Source: Alkalilimnicola ehrlichii MLHE-1 (GTDB lineage Bacteria; Pseudomonadota; Gammaproteobacteria; Nitrococcales; Halorhodospiraceae). From it: a stretch of DNA of 32,000 nt. Of this stretch, positions 21,352 through 29,791 are shown one piece after another; within the stretch, counting starts at the first letter, position 1; each line of letters opens with the position of its first letter. The DNA lies in assembly GCF_000014785.1 (NCBI RefSeq), contig NC_008340.1:2970001-3002000 (forward strand), given 5' to 3'. A program made the position numbers and the translations under genes. The notes beneath the pieces are model-generated. The model was not told the DNA's origin, searched no databases, and was given only the letters and a program-made list of their open reading frames with translations.

Positions 21352-22014
21352 CTACAGGGCGAACCGGCGGCTGACCGGGGCATTGTGCAGCGGCGGCTGC
21401 ACCGTCTCGAACAGGCTCACGGAGGCCCACTGGTCCTCGGCCACCCGGGTGATCAGCAGCGCCTCCATGGCGGGCTTCTGGCCGACGATCAGGAACAATC
21501 GGCCGCCGATGGTCAGGCTGCGGTGAAAGCCCTCGTGAAACTCGGGCAGCGAGCCGGTGACCGCGATACAGTCATAGCGACGGCCGTCATCGAAACCGGC
21601 GGCGGCATCGCCCTGCTGCACGGTGACGTTGTCGATGCCCCGCGCCTGGTGGATGGTCCGGGCCCGCTGCACCAGCTCGTCGTGGATTTCCACCGAGACC
21701 ACAGAGGCGGCCATCCGCGCCAGGCAGGCGGCCAGGAAACCGCTGCCGGTGCCGATCTCCAGCGCCCGCTCCCCGGGCTCCGGGGCCAGGGCCTGCAGGA
21801 TACGGCCCTCGACCTTGGGCTCGTTCATGTATTCGCCACAGGGCAGCGGCAGCTGCATATCGGAATAGGCCAGCCGCTGATAGTCCTCGGGCACGAAGGC
21901 GTGGCGCGGCACGCTGCTCATCACCTCGAGCACGTCGCTGGCCAGCACGTCCCAGGGGCGCACCTGCTGCTCGACCATATTGAAGCGCGCCTTGTCCAGA
22001 TCCAGTTCCGTCAT
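21352..22014 (-). CDS. Protein-L-isoaspartate O-methyltransferase (PIMT) family paralogue
   Basis: 220-aa ORF with SAM motif ALEIGTGSGFLAACLA and N-terminal region VPRHAFVPEDYQRLAYSDMQLPL. It lies 22 nt upstream of tolC and is not in a surE-pcm-nlpD context. Confidence 0.8.
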   Translation of the reverse strand: MTELDLDKARFNMVEQQVRPWDVLASDVLEVMSSVPRHAFVPEDYQRLAYSDMQLPLPCGEYMNEPKVEGRILQALAPEPGERALEIGTGSGFLAACLARMAASVVSVEIHDELVQRARTIHQARGIDNVTVQQGDAAAGFDDGRRYDCIAVTGSLPEFHEGFHRSLTIGGRLFLIVGQKPAMEALLITRVAEDQWASVSLFETVQPPLHNAPVSRRFAL

Positions 22015-22141
22015 CGCCCTGATCCCATCCTCTTGTCATAGGCCGGCGAAGCCGGCCTCCGGTTGCATTGTATACAGGGAGTCCAGTCCGCGCATGCTAT
22101 GCAGTTTGGGCCCGCCAGGCAAGCGCAAAGGCCCGGCGGAC

Positions 22142-22170
22142 TTGCACCGAAACGCCCCGACTGGTATAAA
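22142..22170 (+). promoter_or_regulatory. Candidate sigma70 promoter of rpmB-rpmG (TTGCAC-17 nt-TATAAA with a TG extended -10)
   Basis: ttgcac at 22142-22147, a 17-nt spacer ending in tgg, and tataaa at 22165-22170. It lies in a locally AT-richer spacer about 140 nt upstream of the rpmB ATG. Confidence 0.45.
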
Positions 22171-22316
22171 CATCGGCCTTTGCGGCCCGGGACCGACGGG
22201 CCGGCTATCCACCGGACTGTACACAGGTAGGGAAACGCTTCCCTAAGGGGCCCGGATCCGCCAGCGCGGCAACCGGTTCCCGGCACGAACATCTGCGGAT
22301 TCAGGAGTCAGCCCTC

Positions 22317-22553
22317 ATGTCCAAGGTTTGCCAGGTGACGGGCAAGCGGCCCACCACCGGAAATAACGTCTCGCACGCGAACAACAAGACCAAGCGCCGG
22401 TTCCTTCCGAACCTGCACCATCATCGCTTCTGGGTCGAGAGCGAGCAGCGCTTTGTGCGCCTGCGCGTCTCTTCCAAGGGCATGCGCATCATCGACCGCA
22501 AGGGTATCGACCAGGTCCTCAGCGACCTGCGCGCCCGCGGCGAGAAAGTTTAA
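22317..22553 (+). CDS. rpmB: 50S ribosomal protein L28
   Basis: 78-aa ORF beginning [38 protein letters not shown] lies 9 nt upstream. Confidence 0.97.
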   Translation: MSKVCQVTGKRPTTGNNVSHANNKTKRRFLPNLHHHRFWVESEQRFVRLRVSSKGMRIIDRKGIDQVLSDLRARGEKV

Positions 22554-22568
22554 GCGCGGAGGTTAATC

Positions 22569-22724
22569 ATGCGCGACAAGATCAAGCTCGTCTCCACCGC
22601 CGGCACCGGCCACTACTACACCACCGACAAGAACAAGCGGAACACCCCCCACAAGCTGGAGTTCCGCAAGTACGACCCGGTGGTGCGCAAGCACGTGCTC
22701 TACCGCGAGGCCAAGATCAAGTAA
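22569..22724 (+). CDS. rpmG: 50S ribosomal protein L33
   Basis: Not in the ORF track because it is under 60 aa. My translation is [51 protein letters not shown], 51 aa with a TAA stop. It starts 15 nt after rpmB, with GGAGG upstream. Confidence 0.95.
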   Translation: MRDKIKLVSTAGTGHYYTTDKNKRNTPHKLEFRKYDPVVRKHVLYREAKIK

Positions 22725-22742
22725 GACCTCTGCCTGACGAAC

Positions 22743-22783
22743 AAAAAAACCCCGCCTGGCGATAGCGCCGGGCGGGGTTTTTT
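22743..22783. terminator. Bidirectional rho-independent terminator
   Basis: A7 tract (22743-22749). A 12-bp GC-rich stem, ccccgcctggcg / cgccgggcgggg, with one G-U pair and loop atag. T6 tract (22778-22783). It sits between convergent rpmG (+) and the DUF411 gene (-). Confidence 0.85.
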
Positions 22784-22800
22784 GTTGCCGGGCACGCACC

Positions 22801-23256
22801 CTACTCGTAGCGGGCGTAGACCTCGACCCGGCCCTGCGCATCGAAGGTCAACACCTGGTAGGGGTCCTTGTGGCCGACCTCCATACCGGGGGAGCCCGCC
22901 GGCATGCCAGGCACGGTCAGACCGCGCACGCGCTCCGGCCGCTCCTCGAGCAACCTCAGGATGTCTTCCGCCGGCACGTGGCCTTCAATGACGTAACCGT
23001 CGATCTCTGCGGTATGGCAGGAGGCCAGCTCCCGGGTGATGCCAAAGCGTTGCTTCACCGGGTTCATATCCCGCCGTTCCACCGACGTGACCTCAAAGCC
23101 GTGTTCGCGCAGGTGGTCCTCCCAGTCGGTGCAGCAGCCGCAATAGGGCGATTTGTAGACGGTGGCCTGGGGCGGCGGTGCCGCCAGGACGAGCGCGGGC
23201 AGCAGCGCCAGGGCCAGGACAGCCGCGGGCAGGGCGTGGCGAAGGGGCATGACCAT
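22801..23256 (-). CDS. Periplasmic DUF411 metal-binding protein (CopG-like)
   Basis: 151-aa ORF with signal peptide MVMPLRHALPAAVLALALLPALVLAAP, then YKSPYCGCCTDWEDHLREHGFEV, the characteristic DUF411 Cys motif. GGAGG RBS upstream. Confidence 0.8.
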   Translation of the reverse strand: MVMPLRHALPAAVLALALLPALVLAAPPPQATVYKSPYCGCCTDWEDHLREHGFEVTSVERRDMNPVKQRFGITRELASCHTAEIDGYVIEGHVPAEDILRLLEERPERVRGLTVPGMPAGSPGMEVGHKDPYQVLTFDAQGRVEVYARYE

Positions 23257-23350
23257 GGGAACCTCCGGAAGCAGTGGTCTGGAGGCATCTTAAAACACCC
23301 CTCAGCGCCGGCAAGCAACGACTGGTTTGGGCGCTATAACTAAACCTTCT

Positions 23351-25327
23351 TTATGCCCGCTCCATCAGCAGGTTGCCGTACTCATCCACCCGCGCCGTCC
23401 AGCCCGGCGCCAGCCAGGTGGTGGCGACCTGCTCGGTGACCAGCGCCGGGCCACGCAGCACCTGCCCCGCCCCCAGCCGTGCCCGATCGTAGACCGGCAC
23501 CTCTCCGGCCACCCCGTGCACCCGGCCCAGGGCCACCGGACCGCCCTCACCCGGCAGCAACCGCGGTAGCGGCGGCACCGGCCGGGGGCCCGTCACCGAC
23601 TGGCGGACGTTGACCAGCTCGACCGGCTCCTCCAACCGATGGCCGTAGCGCTGCTCGTGCAGCCGATGGAAGGCCTCCAGGGTGGCCGCCACCCCCGACC
23701 AGGCCACGTTCAGGGTGTAGGCCTGCCCCTGGTAGCGCAGATCCAGCGAGGGATGGGTCCGCTGCTCGGCCACGGCCACCCCCTCGGCGCTCAAGGCCCG
23801 GCGCCCGGAGTCGGCCAGCGCGGCCAGCACCTGCTCCACCCGCTCCGCACCCAGCGCGCTCAGTGGCCCGGTCAGGGTACGCGAGAGCTGCCGACCGCGG
23901 GGCGCCGCCAGCATGCCCAGGGCGGAGAGCACCCCGGCGTGCACCGGGACCAGGGCGCGGGACATATCCAGGGCCTCGGCCAGGGCGCAGACATGCAGCC
24001 CGCCGGCGCCACCGAAGGAGAGCAGGGTGAAGTCCCGCGGATCCAGCCCCCGTTCCACGGAGATCACCCGCAGGGCCCGTGCCATATGCTCGTTGGCCAG
24101 GCGCAGCACCCCCTCGGCGGCCTGCTCCGGGGACAGGGCCAGCCCCTCACCCAGGCGGGTCAGGGCCTGCCGGGCCGCGGCCGGCTCCAAGGTCATATCA
24201 CCGCCCAGGAAGGCGTCGGGGCGCAGCCGACCCAACACCAGGTGGGCGTCGGTCACGGTAGCCCCGGCCCCGCCACGCCCGTAACAGGCCGGCCCCGGGT
24301 CGGCACCTGCGGAGCGTGGCCCCACCTGCAGCAAGCCCCCGGCGTCCACCGAGGCCAGCGAGCCGCCGCCGGCCCCGATCGTGTGCATATCCACCATGGG
24401 CACGGCCACCGGCCAGCCGCCGATGTGGCCCTCGGAGGTCAGGGCCGGCTCGCCGTCGATCACCGCCACGTCGGTGGAGGTGCCACCCATGTCGAAGCTG
24501 AGCAGCCGGGGCTCACCGGCCAGCTCACCCAGATAGCGCCCCGCCATCAGCCCACCGGCCGGGCCGGAGAGCAACAGGTTGACCGCCATGCGCGCCGCCT
24601 GGTCGGCGGCCACCCGCTCGCCAGAGCTCTGCATCACCGAGACCGACGCCTTGGGCAGGGCCTGGGTGAGCCGGTTCAGGTAACCGGACATGACCGGCCC
24701 CACGCGGGCATTCAGCCAGGTGGCGATGCCGCGTTCGTACTCCCCGTATTCCGCCAGCACTTTGTGCGAGCGGGCGACGAAGACCCCCTCCGGCACCCGC
24801 GCGGCCAGGGTGTCTTCCGGACCGCCATCGACGAAGGAGAAGGGCAGGTTGATGGCCACCGCTTCGGGGCGCCGTTCGGCAAGGGCCTGATCAAAGGCGG
24901 CCAGGTCCTCGTCGCTGAGCGGATCCACCAGTGCGCCGTCCGGGCCCAGCCGGCCGCCGGTCTCCCAGCACAGCTCCGGCGGCACCGGCGGTTCGGCGGG
25001 GGCCAGCTCCAGGGCGTAGAGTCGCTCGCGGTGTTGGCGCCCCAGGGTGAGCACATCCCCCAGTCCGCGGCCGGTCACGTACATCACCCGCGCACCCTGC
25101 CCCTCCAGGACGGCGTTGGTGGCCACCGTGGACCCGTGCATAAGCCGCAACGGCTCATCCGCCAGGCCCAGTTCCCGCACCCCCTGCAGGATCGCCGCCT
25201 CCGGGCGCTCGGGGGTGGACAACACCTTGTGGATCCGCAGCCGCTCGCCGTCGGAACAAACGAAGTCGGTGAATGTCCCTCCGGTATCGACACCCAGTAG
25301 TTGCACCTGTGCACCCTCTTTGGTCAT
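23351..25327 (-). CDS. Hydantoinase/oxoprolinase family protein (HyuA-type, ATP-binding A subunit)
   Basis: 658-aa ORF with N-terminal LLGVDTGGTFTDFV (actin-like ATPase fold) and later FDMGGTSTDV. No HyuB-type partner is adjacent. Confidence 0.85.
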   Translation of the reverse strand: MTKEGAQVQLLGVDTGGTFTDFVCSDGERLRIHKVLSTPERPEAAILQGVRELGLADEPLRLMHGSTVATNAVLEGQGARVMYVTGRGLGDVLTLGRQHRERLYALELAPAEPPVPPELCWETGGRLGPDGALVDPLSDEDLAAFDQALAERRPEAVAINLPFSFVDGGPEDTLAARVPEGVFVARSHKVLAEYGEYERGIATWLNARVGPVMSGYLNRLTQALPKASVSVMQSSGERVAADQAARMAVNLLLSGPAGGLMAGRYLGELAGEPRLLSFDMGGTSTDVAVIDGEPALTSEGHIGGWPVAVPMVDMHTIGAGGGSLASVDAGGLLQVGPRSAGADPGPACYGRGGAGATVTDAHLVLGRLRPDAFLGGDMTLEPAAARQALTRLGEGLALSPEQAAEGVLRLANEHMARALRVISVERGLDPRDFTLLSFGGAGGLHVCALAEALDMSRALVPVHAGVLSALGMLAAPRGRQLSRTLTGPLSALGAERVEQVLAALADSGRRALSAEGVAVAEQRTHPSLDLRYQGQAYTLNVAWSGVAATLEAFHRLHEQRYGHRLEEPVELVNVRQSVTGPRPVPPLPRLLPGEGGPVALGRVHGVAGEVPVYDRARLGAGQVLRGPALVTEQVATTWLAPGWTARVDEYGNLLMERA

Positions 25328-25362
25328 GCTTGCCCGCGTTCACTGGCGGAAAGGATCGACTC

Positions 25363-26340
25363 GTGCCCGACAGCCCCCCTACAACGGCGCGTCAGCCCGC
25401 CGGCCCGGCGAGTGAGGATACCGCGCCCGGCGCCCTGCTGCAGGCCGAGCACCTCAGCCGCCATTATGCCAGCCACACCGCCTTGAGCGGGTTCAGCCTG
25501 ACGCTGCACCGCGGCGAGGTGGTGGGCCTGCTCGGCCCAAACGGCGCTGGCAAGAGCACTGCCCTCAAGCTCCTGGCCGGCGTGCTCCCGCCTTCCTCCG
25601 GGCGCGCCCGGCTGGCCGGGCACGACCTGATCGATGCCGGTCAGCGCTACCGCCGCCAGCTCGGCTATCTGCCGGAACGCCCACCGCTCTACCCGGACAT
25701 GCGGGTGCACGACTACCTGCGCTTCTGTGCCCGACTGCGCGGTGCCGACGGTGGACGCACCGCGGTGGGCCGGGCGCTGACGGAGTGCGGCCTGGAGGCG
25801 ATGGCCGACCGACGCCTGGATCAGCTCTCCCAGGGCTACCGGCAGCGGGTGGGGATCGCGCAGGCGGTGGTCCACCGCCCACCGCTGATCATCCTCGACG
25901 AGCCCACCGTGGGCCTGGATCCGCGGCAGCTTCAGGGGATCCGTCAACTCATCCGCCGCTTGGCCCGGGCCCACGGGATTCTCCTCTCCAGCCACCTGCT
26001 CCCGGAGATCCAGGCCCTGGCCGACCGGGTGATCATCCTACAACGGGGGCGCATCTGCCATCAGGGACCGGCCCGCGGTGAGCCCCACGCCCGGCGCTTC
26101 AACGCCCGCTTCCGACGGGATCCGCACGCCGGTGCCCTGGAAGGGCTGCCCGGCGTGGCCGCCGCCCGGGCTGTGGCCCCGGAGCACTGGCAGTTGCGGC
26201 TGACACCGGATGCCGATCCGGACCGCGTGATCAGCGCGGTGGCCGCCGCGGGTTGGGGACTGGAGGCTTGGCAGCCCGCCGGCGATTCGCTGGAGCAGGT
26301 CTTTCTGCGGGCGACGCAAGGTCCCGGGGGGGAGGCATGA
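25363..26340 (+). CDS. ABC transporter ATP-binding protein (ABC-2 / GldA-like)
   Basis: I chose the GTG at 25363 as the start. It has AAGGA 7 nt upstream and avoids overlap with the divergent hyuA-like gene. Walker A GPNGAGKST, signature LSQGYRQRVGIA, Walker B LIILDEPTVGLD. Confidence 0.85.
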   Translation: MPDSPPTTARQPAGPASEDTAPGALLQAEHLSRHYASHTALSGFSLTLHRGEVVGLLGPNGAGKSTALKLLAGVLPPSSGRARLAGHDLIDAGQRYRRQLGYLPERPPLYPDMRVHDYLRFCARLRGADGGRTAVGRALTECGLEAMADRRLDQLSQGYRQRVGIAQAVVHRPPLIILDEPTVGLDPRQLQGIRQLIRRLARAHGILLSSHLLPEIQALADRVIILQRGRICHQGPARGEPHARRFNARFRRDPHAGALEGLPGVAAARAVAPEHWQLRLTPDADPDRVISAVAAAGWGLEAWQPAGDSLEQVFLRATQGPGGEA

Positions 26341-27089
26341 TCGCGCTGATGCAACGGGAGCTTCGCGCCCTGCTGGGCAGCCCCCTATTCTGGGGGACCG
26401 CGGCCATCGCCCAGTTGATCTTGGGCTGGTGGTTCCTGAGCCTGGTGGACCGCTTCCGCGATCACTACCAGGGGCTGCTCACCCGGACCGACAGCGCACT
26501 GGGGGTGACCGACCTGGTGGTCCAGCCCTACTTCGGCAGTTTCGTACTCCTGGTGCTGCTGATACTGGTGGTCTCGGTGCTCGCCATGGGCGCCCTGGCC
26601 GACGAGCGGCGCAGCGGCAGCCTGCCGCTGCTGCTCAGCGCCCCGATCAACAGCGGCGCTATCGTGCTGGGTAAGTATTTGGGGCGGCTGCTGCCACTGA
26701 CCCTGATCATCGCCCTGTGGTCGGTGATGCCAGTGTCGCTGCGGCTGTTCACCGACGTCGATCCCGGGGTACTGGCGGCCGCGGTGCTGGGCCTGTGGCT
26801 GATGGGTGCGGCACTGCTGGCGGTGGGGGTCTTTCTCTCCACCCTGACCGCCCAGCCGGGTCTGGCCGCCGCCAACACCTTTGGCTTCGCCCTGTTGCTG
26901 ATGCTGGTGGGCCAGGGCACCGGGCTGGAGGCCGGCGACGCCGTGCTCACCGGGATCGGTCTGGTGACCCACTACGAGCCGCTGGTGACCGGGCGTGTGG
27001 GCACGGATGCACTGGCCTATTTCGGCCTGTTACTGGTCGGCTCTCTCCTCTTCGCGACCCGGCGCGTGGATGCGCTGCGACTCTCCTGA
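26337..27089 (+). CDS. ABC-2 type transporter permease (GldF-like)
   Basis: Trimmed to the ATG at 26337 (MIALMQRELRALLGSPLFWG), which overlaps the ATPase stop as ATGA. 250 aa with multiple hydrophobic helices. Confidence 0.8.
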   Translation: MIALMQRELRALLGSPLFWGTAAIAQLILGWWFLSLVDRFRDHYQGLLTRTDSALGVTDLVVQPYFGSFVLLVLLILVVSVLAMGALADERRSGSLPLLLSAPINSGAIVLGKYLGRLLPLTLIIALWSVMPVSLRLFTDVDPGVLAAAVLGLWLMGAALLAVGVFLSTLTAQPGLAAANTFGFALLLMLVGQGTGLEAGDAVLTGIGLVTHYEPLVTGRVGTDALAYFGLLLVGSLLFATRRVDALRLS

Positions 27090-27100
27090 GGCCACCGACC

Positions 27101-28414
27101 ATGCGCATGAACCCCCGCACACGCTGGCTGCTGCGACTCAACGCCGTGCTGTTCACCGCCGCCACCCTGGTGGCGCTGGCGGCGCTGGGTTGGATGAGCC
27201 AACGCTTCGTGCTTACCTGGGACTGGAGCGGGCAACACCGGGCCGGGCTCAGCGAGCAGAGTGTTCGGTTGCTGGAGGGCCTGGAGACACCGCCCCGGCT
27301 CACCGCCTTCGTCACCCCCGGGGGTGAGTTGGCGGACCAGGTGGAGCGCCTGGCCCGGCGCTACCGCGGCCACCGGCCGGACCTGGTGCTGGAGACGGTC
27401 GATCCGCGCCGGGAGCCGGACCGGGTGCGCCGCGCTGGTGTCGATCACGAGGGTGAGCTGCTGGTCGAGCTGGGCGAGCGCCGGGAGCGGGCCGCCGCCC
27501 CCACGGAGGCCCATGTCAGCCGGGCCCTGGAGCGCCTGCTCAGGGAGCGGGAGCGGCGGGTGGCCTGGTTGACCGACCATGGCCAGCGCGACCTGCAAGG
27601 GCAGGCCAACCACGACCTGGGTCGGCTGGGGGAGGCGCTGGCGCAGGAGGGGCACCACCTGCAGGGGTTGTCCCTCCTGCGCCAGCCGCTGATCCCGGAG
27701 AACACCGACCTGCTGGTGCTGGCCGGTCCCCAGGTGGACCTTCTCGAGGGCGAGCGCCGGCTGCTCCGGCGCCATGTGGCCGGCGGGGGCAACCTGCTCT
27801 GGCTGCTCGAGCCGGAGGACTTGCACCGCCTGCCGGGGCTGGCCGCGGACCTGGGCGTCACCGTCCTCGGCCACCCGGTGCGTGACCCGCGCACCCAGGA
27901 ATTGCTGGGCACGGGCGACCCCGGGCTCAGCTTGGTGGATGAACACCCGGCGCATCCGGTGATGGAGGCGATCTCCGGGCCGGTACTGCTGCCCTACACC
28001 GCCGCGCTGGCGATCGCCCCCGCCGCCGATGACCGCTGGCGGGTGCGGCCGTTGCTCCGGGGCGCCGAGCACCATGAACTCGACGCCGCGGCCGAACCCC
28101 CCTTCCTGCTCGGCGCCACCCTGGAGCGCCCACGCCCCCATGGGGGAGAGCAGCGGGTCGCCATCATCGGCGGCGGCGATTTCCTCAGCAACCGGTTCCT
28201 GGGTAACGCCGCCAACCGCAGCCTGGGCCTGGCCCTTGCGGACTGGCTGACCGACCCGGGGGAACCGGAGACCGACTTCACCGCGCCGGGGCTGGATCAG
28301 CGCCTGGACATGGGCCCGGTGGCGGTGACGCTGTTCGGCTTCGGCTTCCTGATCGGCCTGCCGGCCCTGCTCGCCCTGGTGGGTGGTTTGATGTGGTGGC
28401 GGGGGCAGCGCTGA
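27101..28414 (+). CDS. GldG-like ABC transporter auxiliary protein
   Basis: Trimmed to the ATG at 27101 (MRMNPRTRWLLRLNAVLFTAATLVALAALGWM), giving 437 aa. It has an N-terminal and a C-terminal TM helix (VAVTLFGFGFLIGLPALLALVGGLMWW) flanking a large soluble domain. Position after the ABC-2 ATPase and permease fits the family. The family call comes from architecture and context. Confidence 0.7.
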   Translation: MRMNPRTRWLLRLNAVLFTAATLVALAALGWMSQRFVLTWDWSGQHRAGLSEQSVRLLEGLETPPRLTAFVTPGGELADQVERLARRYRGHRPDLVLETVDPRREPDRVRRAGVDHEGELLVELGERRERAAAPTEAHVSRALERLLRERERRVAWLTDHGQRDLQGQANHDLGRLGEALAQEGHHLQGLSLLRQPLIPENTDLLVLAGPQVDLLEGERRLLRRHVAGGGNLLWLLEPEDLHRLPGLAADLGVTVLGHPVRDPRTQELLGTGDPGLSLVDEHPAHPVMEAISGPVLLPYTAALAIAPAADDRWRVRPLLRGAEHHELDAAAEPPFLLGATLERPRPHGGEQRVAIIGGGDFLSNRFLGNAANRSLGLALADWLTDPGEPETDFTAPGLDQRLDMGPVAVTLFGFGFLIGLPALLALVGGLMWWRGQR

Positions 28415-28914
28415 TGGCCCGGCGACTGATCCTGACCCTGATCGCGCTCATCCTGGCCTGCACCCTGGCCGCGGGCGCCTGGCAGCTGGCGGGGACACCG
28501 GAACAGGCGCGCATGAGCCGGCTGAGCCCCGCAGACGCGGTGAGCATCCGGCTGCAGCGCCCGGACCGGCCGCCGGTCAGCCTGGAGCGGCGCAACGGCG
28601 ACTGGTGGGTCACGCAGCCGGAGGAACGGCCGGCCAGCGGCACCCACGTCCGGGCGCTGTTGCGCATCCTCGACGAGCCCCAACCGGAGACACGCTTCGC
28701 CGCCGCCGACAGCGACCCGGCGACCTACGGCCTGGAGCCGCCATCGGCGGTGCTGGAGATCAACGGCCAACGCTGGCACTTCGGCGACCGCCACCCGCTG
28801 GGGGAGCAGCGCTATGTGCTCCACCGGGGCGAAATTGCGCTCCTGCCCGACCACTACGCGCCCCTGGTCCGCGGCCCTTGGCAACAGCTCACCGCGGAGG
28901 AGCCTCCCCGATGA
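28414..28914 (+). CDS. Membrane-anchored protein, DUF4340-like
   Basis: The ATG at 28414 overlaps the upstream stop by 1 nt (TGATG), giving 166 aa. N-terminal anchor MARRLILTLIALILACTLAAGAW. In my recollection DUF4340 proteins follow GldG-like genes. The family assignment is tentative. Confidence 0.5.
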   Translation: MARRLILTLIALILACTLAAGAWQLAGTPEQARMSRLSPADAVSIRLQRPDRPPVSLERRNGDWWVTQPEERPASGTHVRALLRILDEPQPETRFAAADSDPATYGLEPPSAVLEINGQRWHFGDRHPLGEQRYVLHRGEIALLPDHYAPLVRGPWQQLTAEEPPR

Positions 28915-28947
28915 TCCCCGAACCCGGCCGGCGGCCCGGCGCGCTCC

Positions 28948-29781
28948 ATGCCTGAGCTGCCCGAAGTGGAGACCACCCGGCGCGGCCTCGCCCCGCTGCT
29001 GGAGGGCCGGCGTGTAACCGGAATGACCGTGCGCCAGGCCCGGCTGCGCTGGCCGGTACCGGCGGGCCTGCCCGATGCCATCACCGGCCAGACGATCCGG
29101 GCCGTGGACCGGCGGGCCAAATACCTGCTCTTCCGTACCCCGGCGGGGACGCTGATCCTGCATCTGGGGATGTCCGGCAGCCTGCGGGTGATCCCCGGCC
29201 AGCAGGCCGGCGCGTGCGCCGTCCCCCCCGGGCGCCACGACCATGTGGACCTGCGCCTGGCCGACGGCAGCTGCCTGCGCTATACCGATCCGCGCCGGTT
29301 CGGCAGCCTCCACTGGTGCACCGGTGAACCGGAGGCGCACTGGCTGCTCCACCGGCTGGGTCCGGAGCCCTTCGACACCGCCTTCGACGGCGATAGGCTC
29401 CACCGCCTGAGCCGCGGCCGGCGAACCAGCGTCAAGGCCTTCATCATGGACAGCGGGATCGTGGTGGGGGTGGGGAACATCTACGCCAGCGAGTCGCTGT
29501 TCCGGGCCGGCATCCACCCGGGACGCCCGGCCGGGCGGGTGGGCCTCGCTCGTTACCGGCGCCTGGCCGGCGCCGTGCGCGAGGTGCTGGCCGAGGCCAT
29601 AGCCGCCGGTGGCACGACCCTGCGGGACTTCACCGCCAGCGACGGCCGCCCCGGCTACTTCGCCCAGACCCTCAACGTCTATGGCCGGGCGGGCGCGCCC
29701 TGCCCCCGCTGCGGCCGGTCCATCCGTCAGCGACGCATCGCACAGCGCTCCACCTGGTATTGCCCGGGCTGCCAGCGCTGA
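28948..29781 (+). CDS. mutM: Formamidopyrimidine-DNA glycosylase
   Basis: 277-aa ORF with N-terminal [14 protein letters not shown] and a C-terminal zinc finger [25 protein letters not shown]. Confidence 0.95.
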   Translation: MPELPEVETTRRGLAPLLEGRRVTGMTVRQARLRWPVPAGLPDAITGQTIRAVDRRAKYLLFRTPAGTLILHLGMSGSLRVIPGQQAGACAVPPGRHDHVDLRLADGSCLRYTDPRRFGSLHWCTGEPEAHWLLHRLGPEPFDTAFDGDRLHRLSRGRRTSVKAFIMDSGIVVGVGNIYASESLFRAGIHPGRPAGRVGLARYRRLAGAVREVLAEAIAAGGTTLRDFTASDGRPGYFAQTLNVYGRAGAPCPRCGRSIRQRRIAQRSTWYCPGCQR

Positions 29782-29791
29782 CCGCCCGCAG

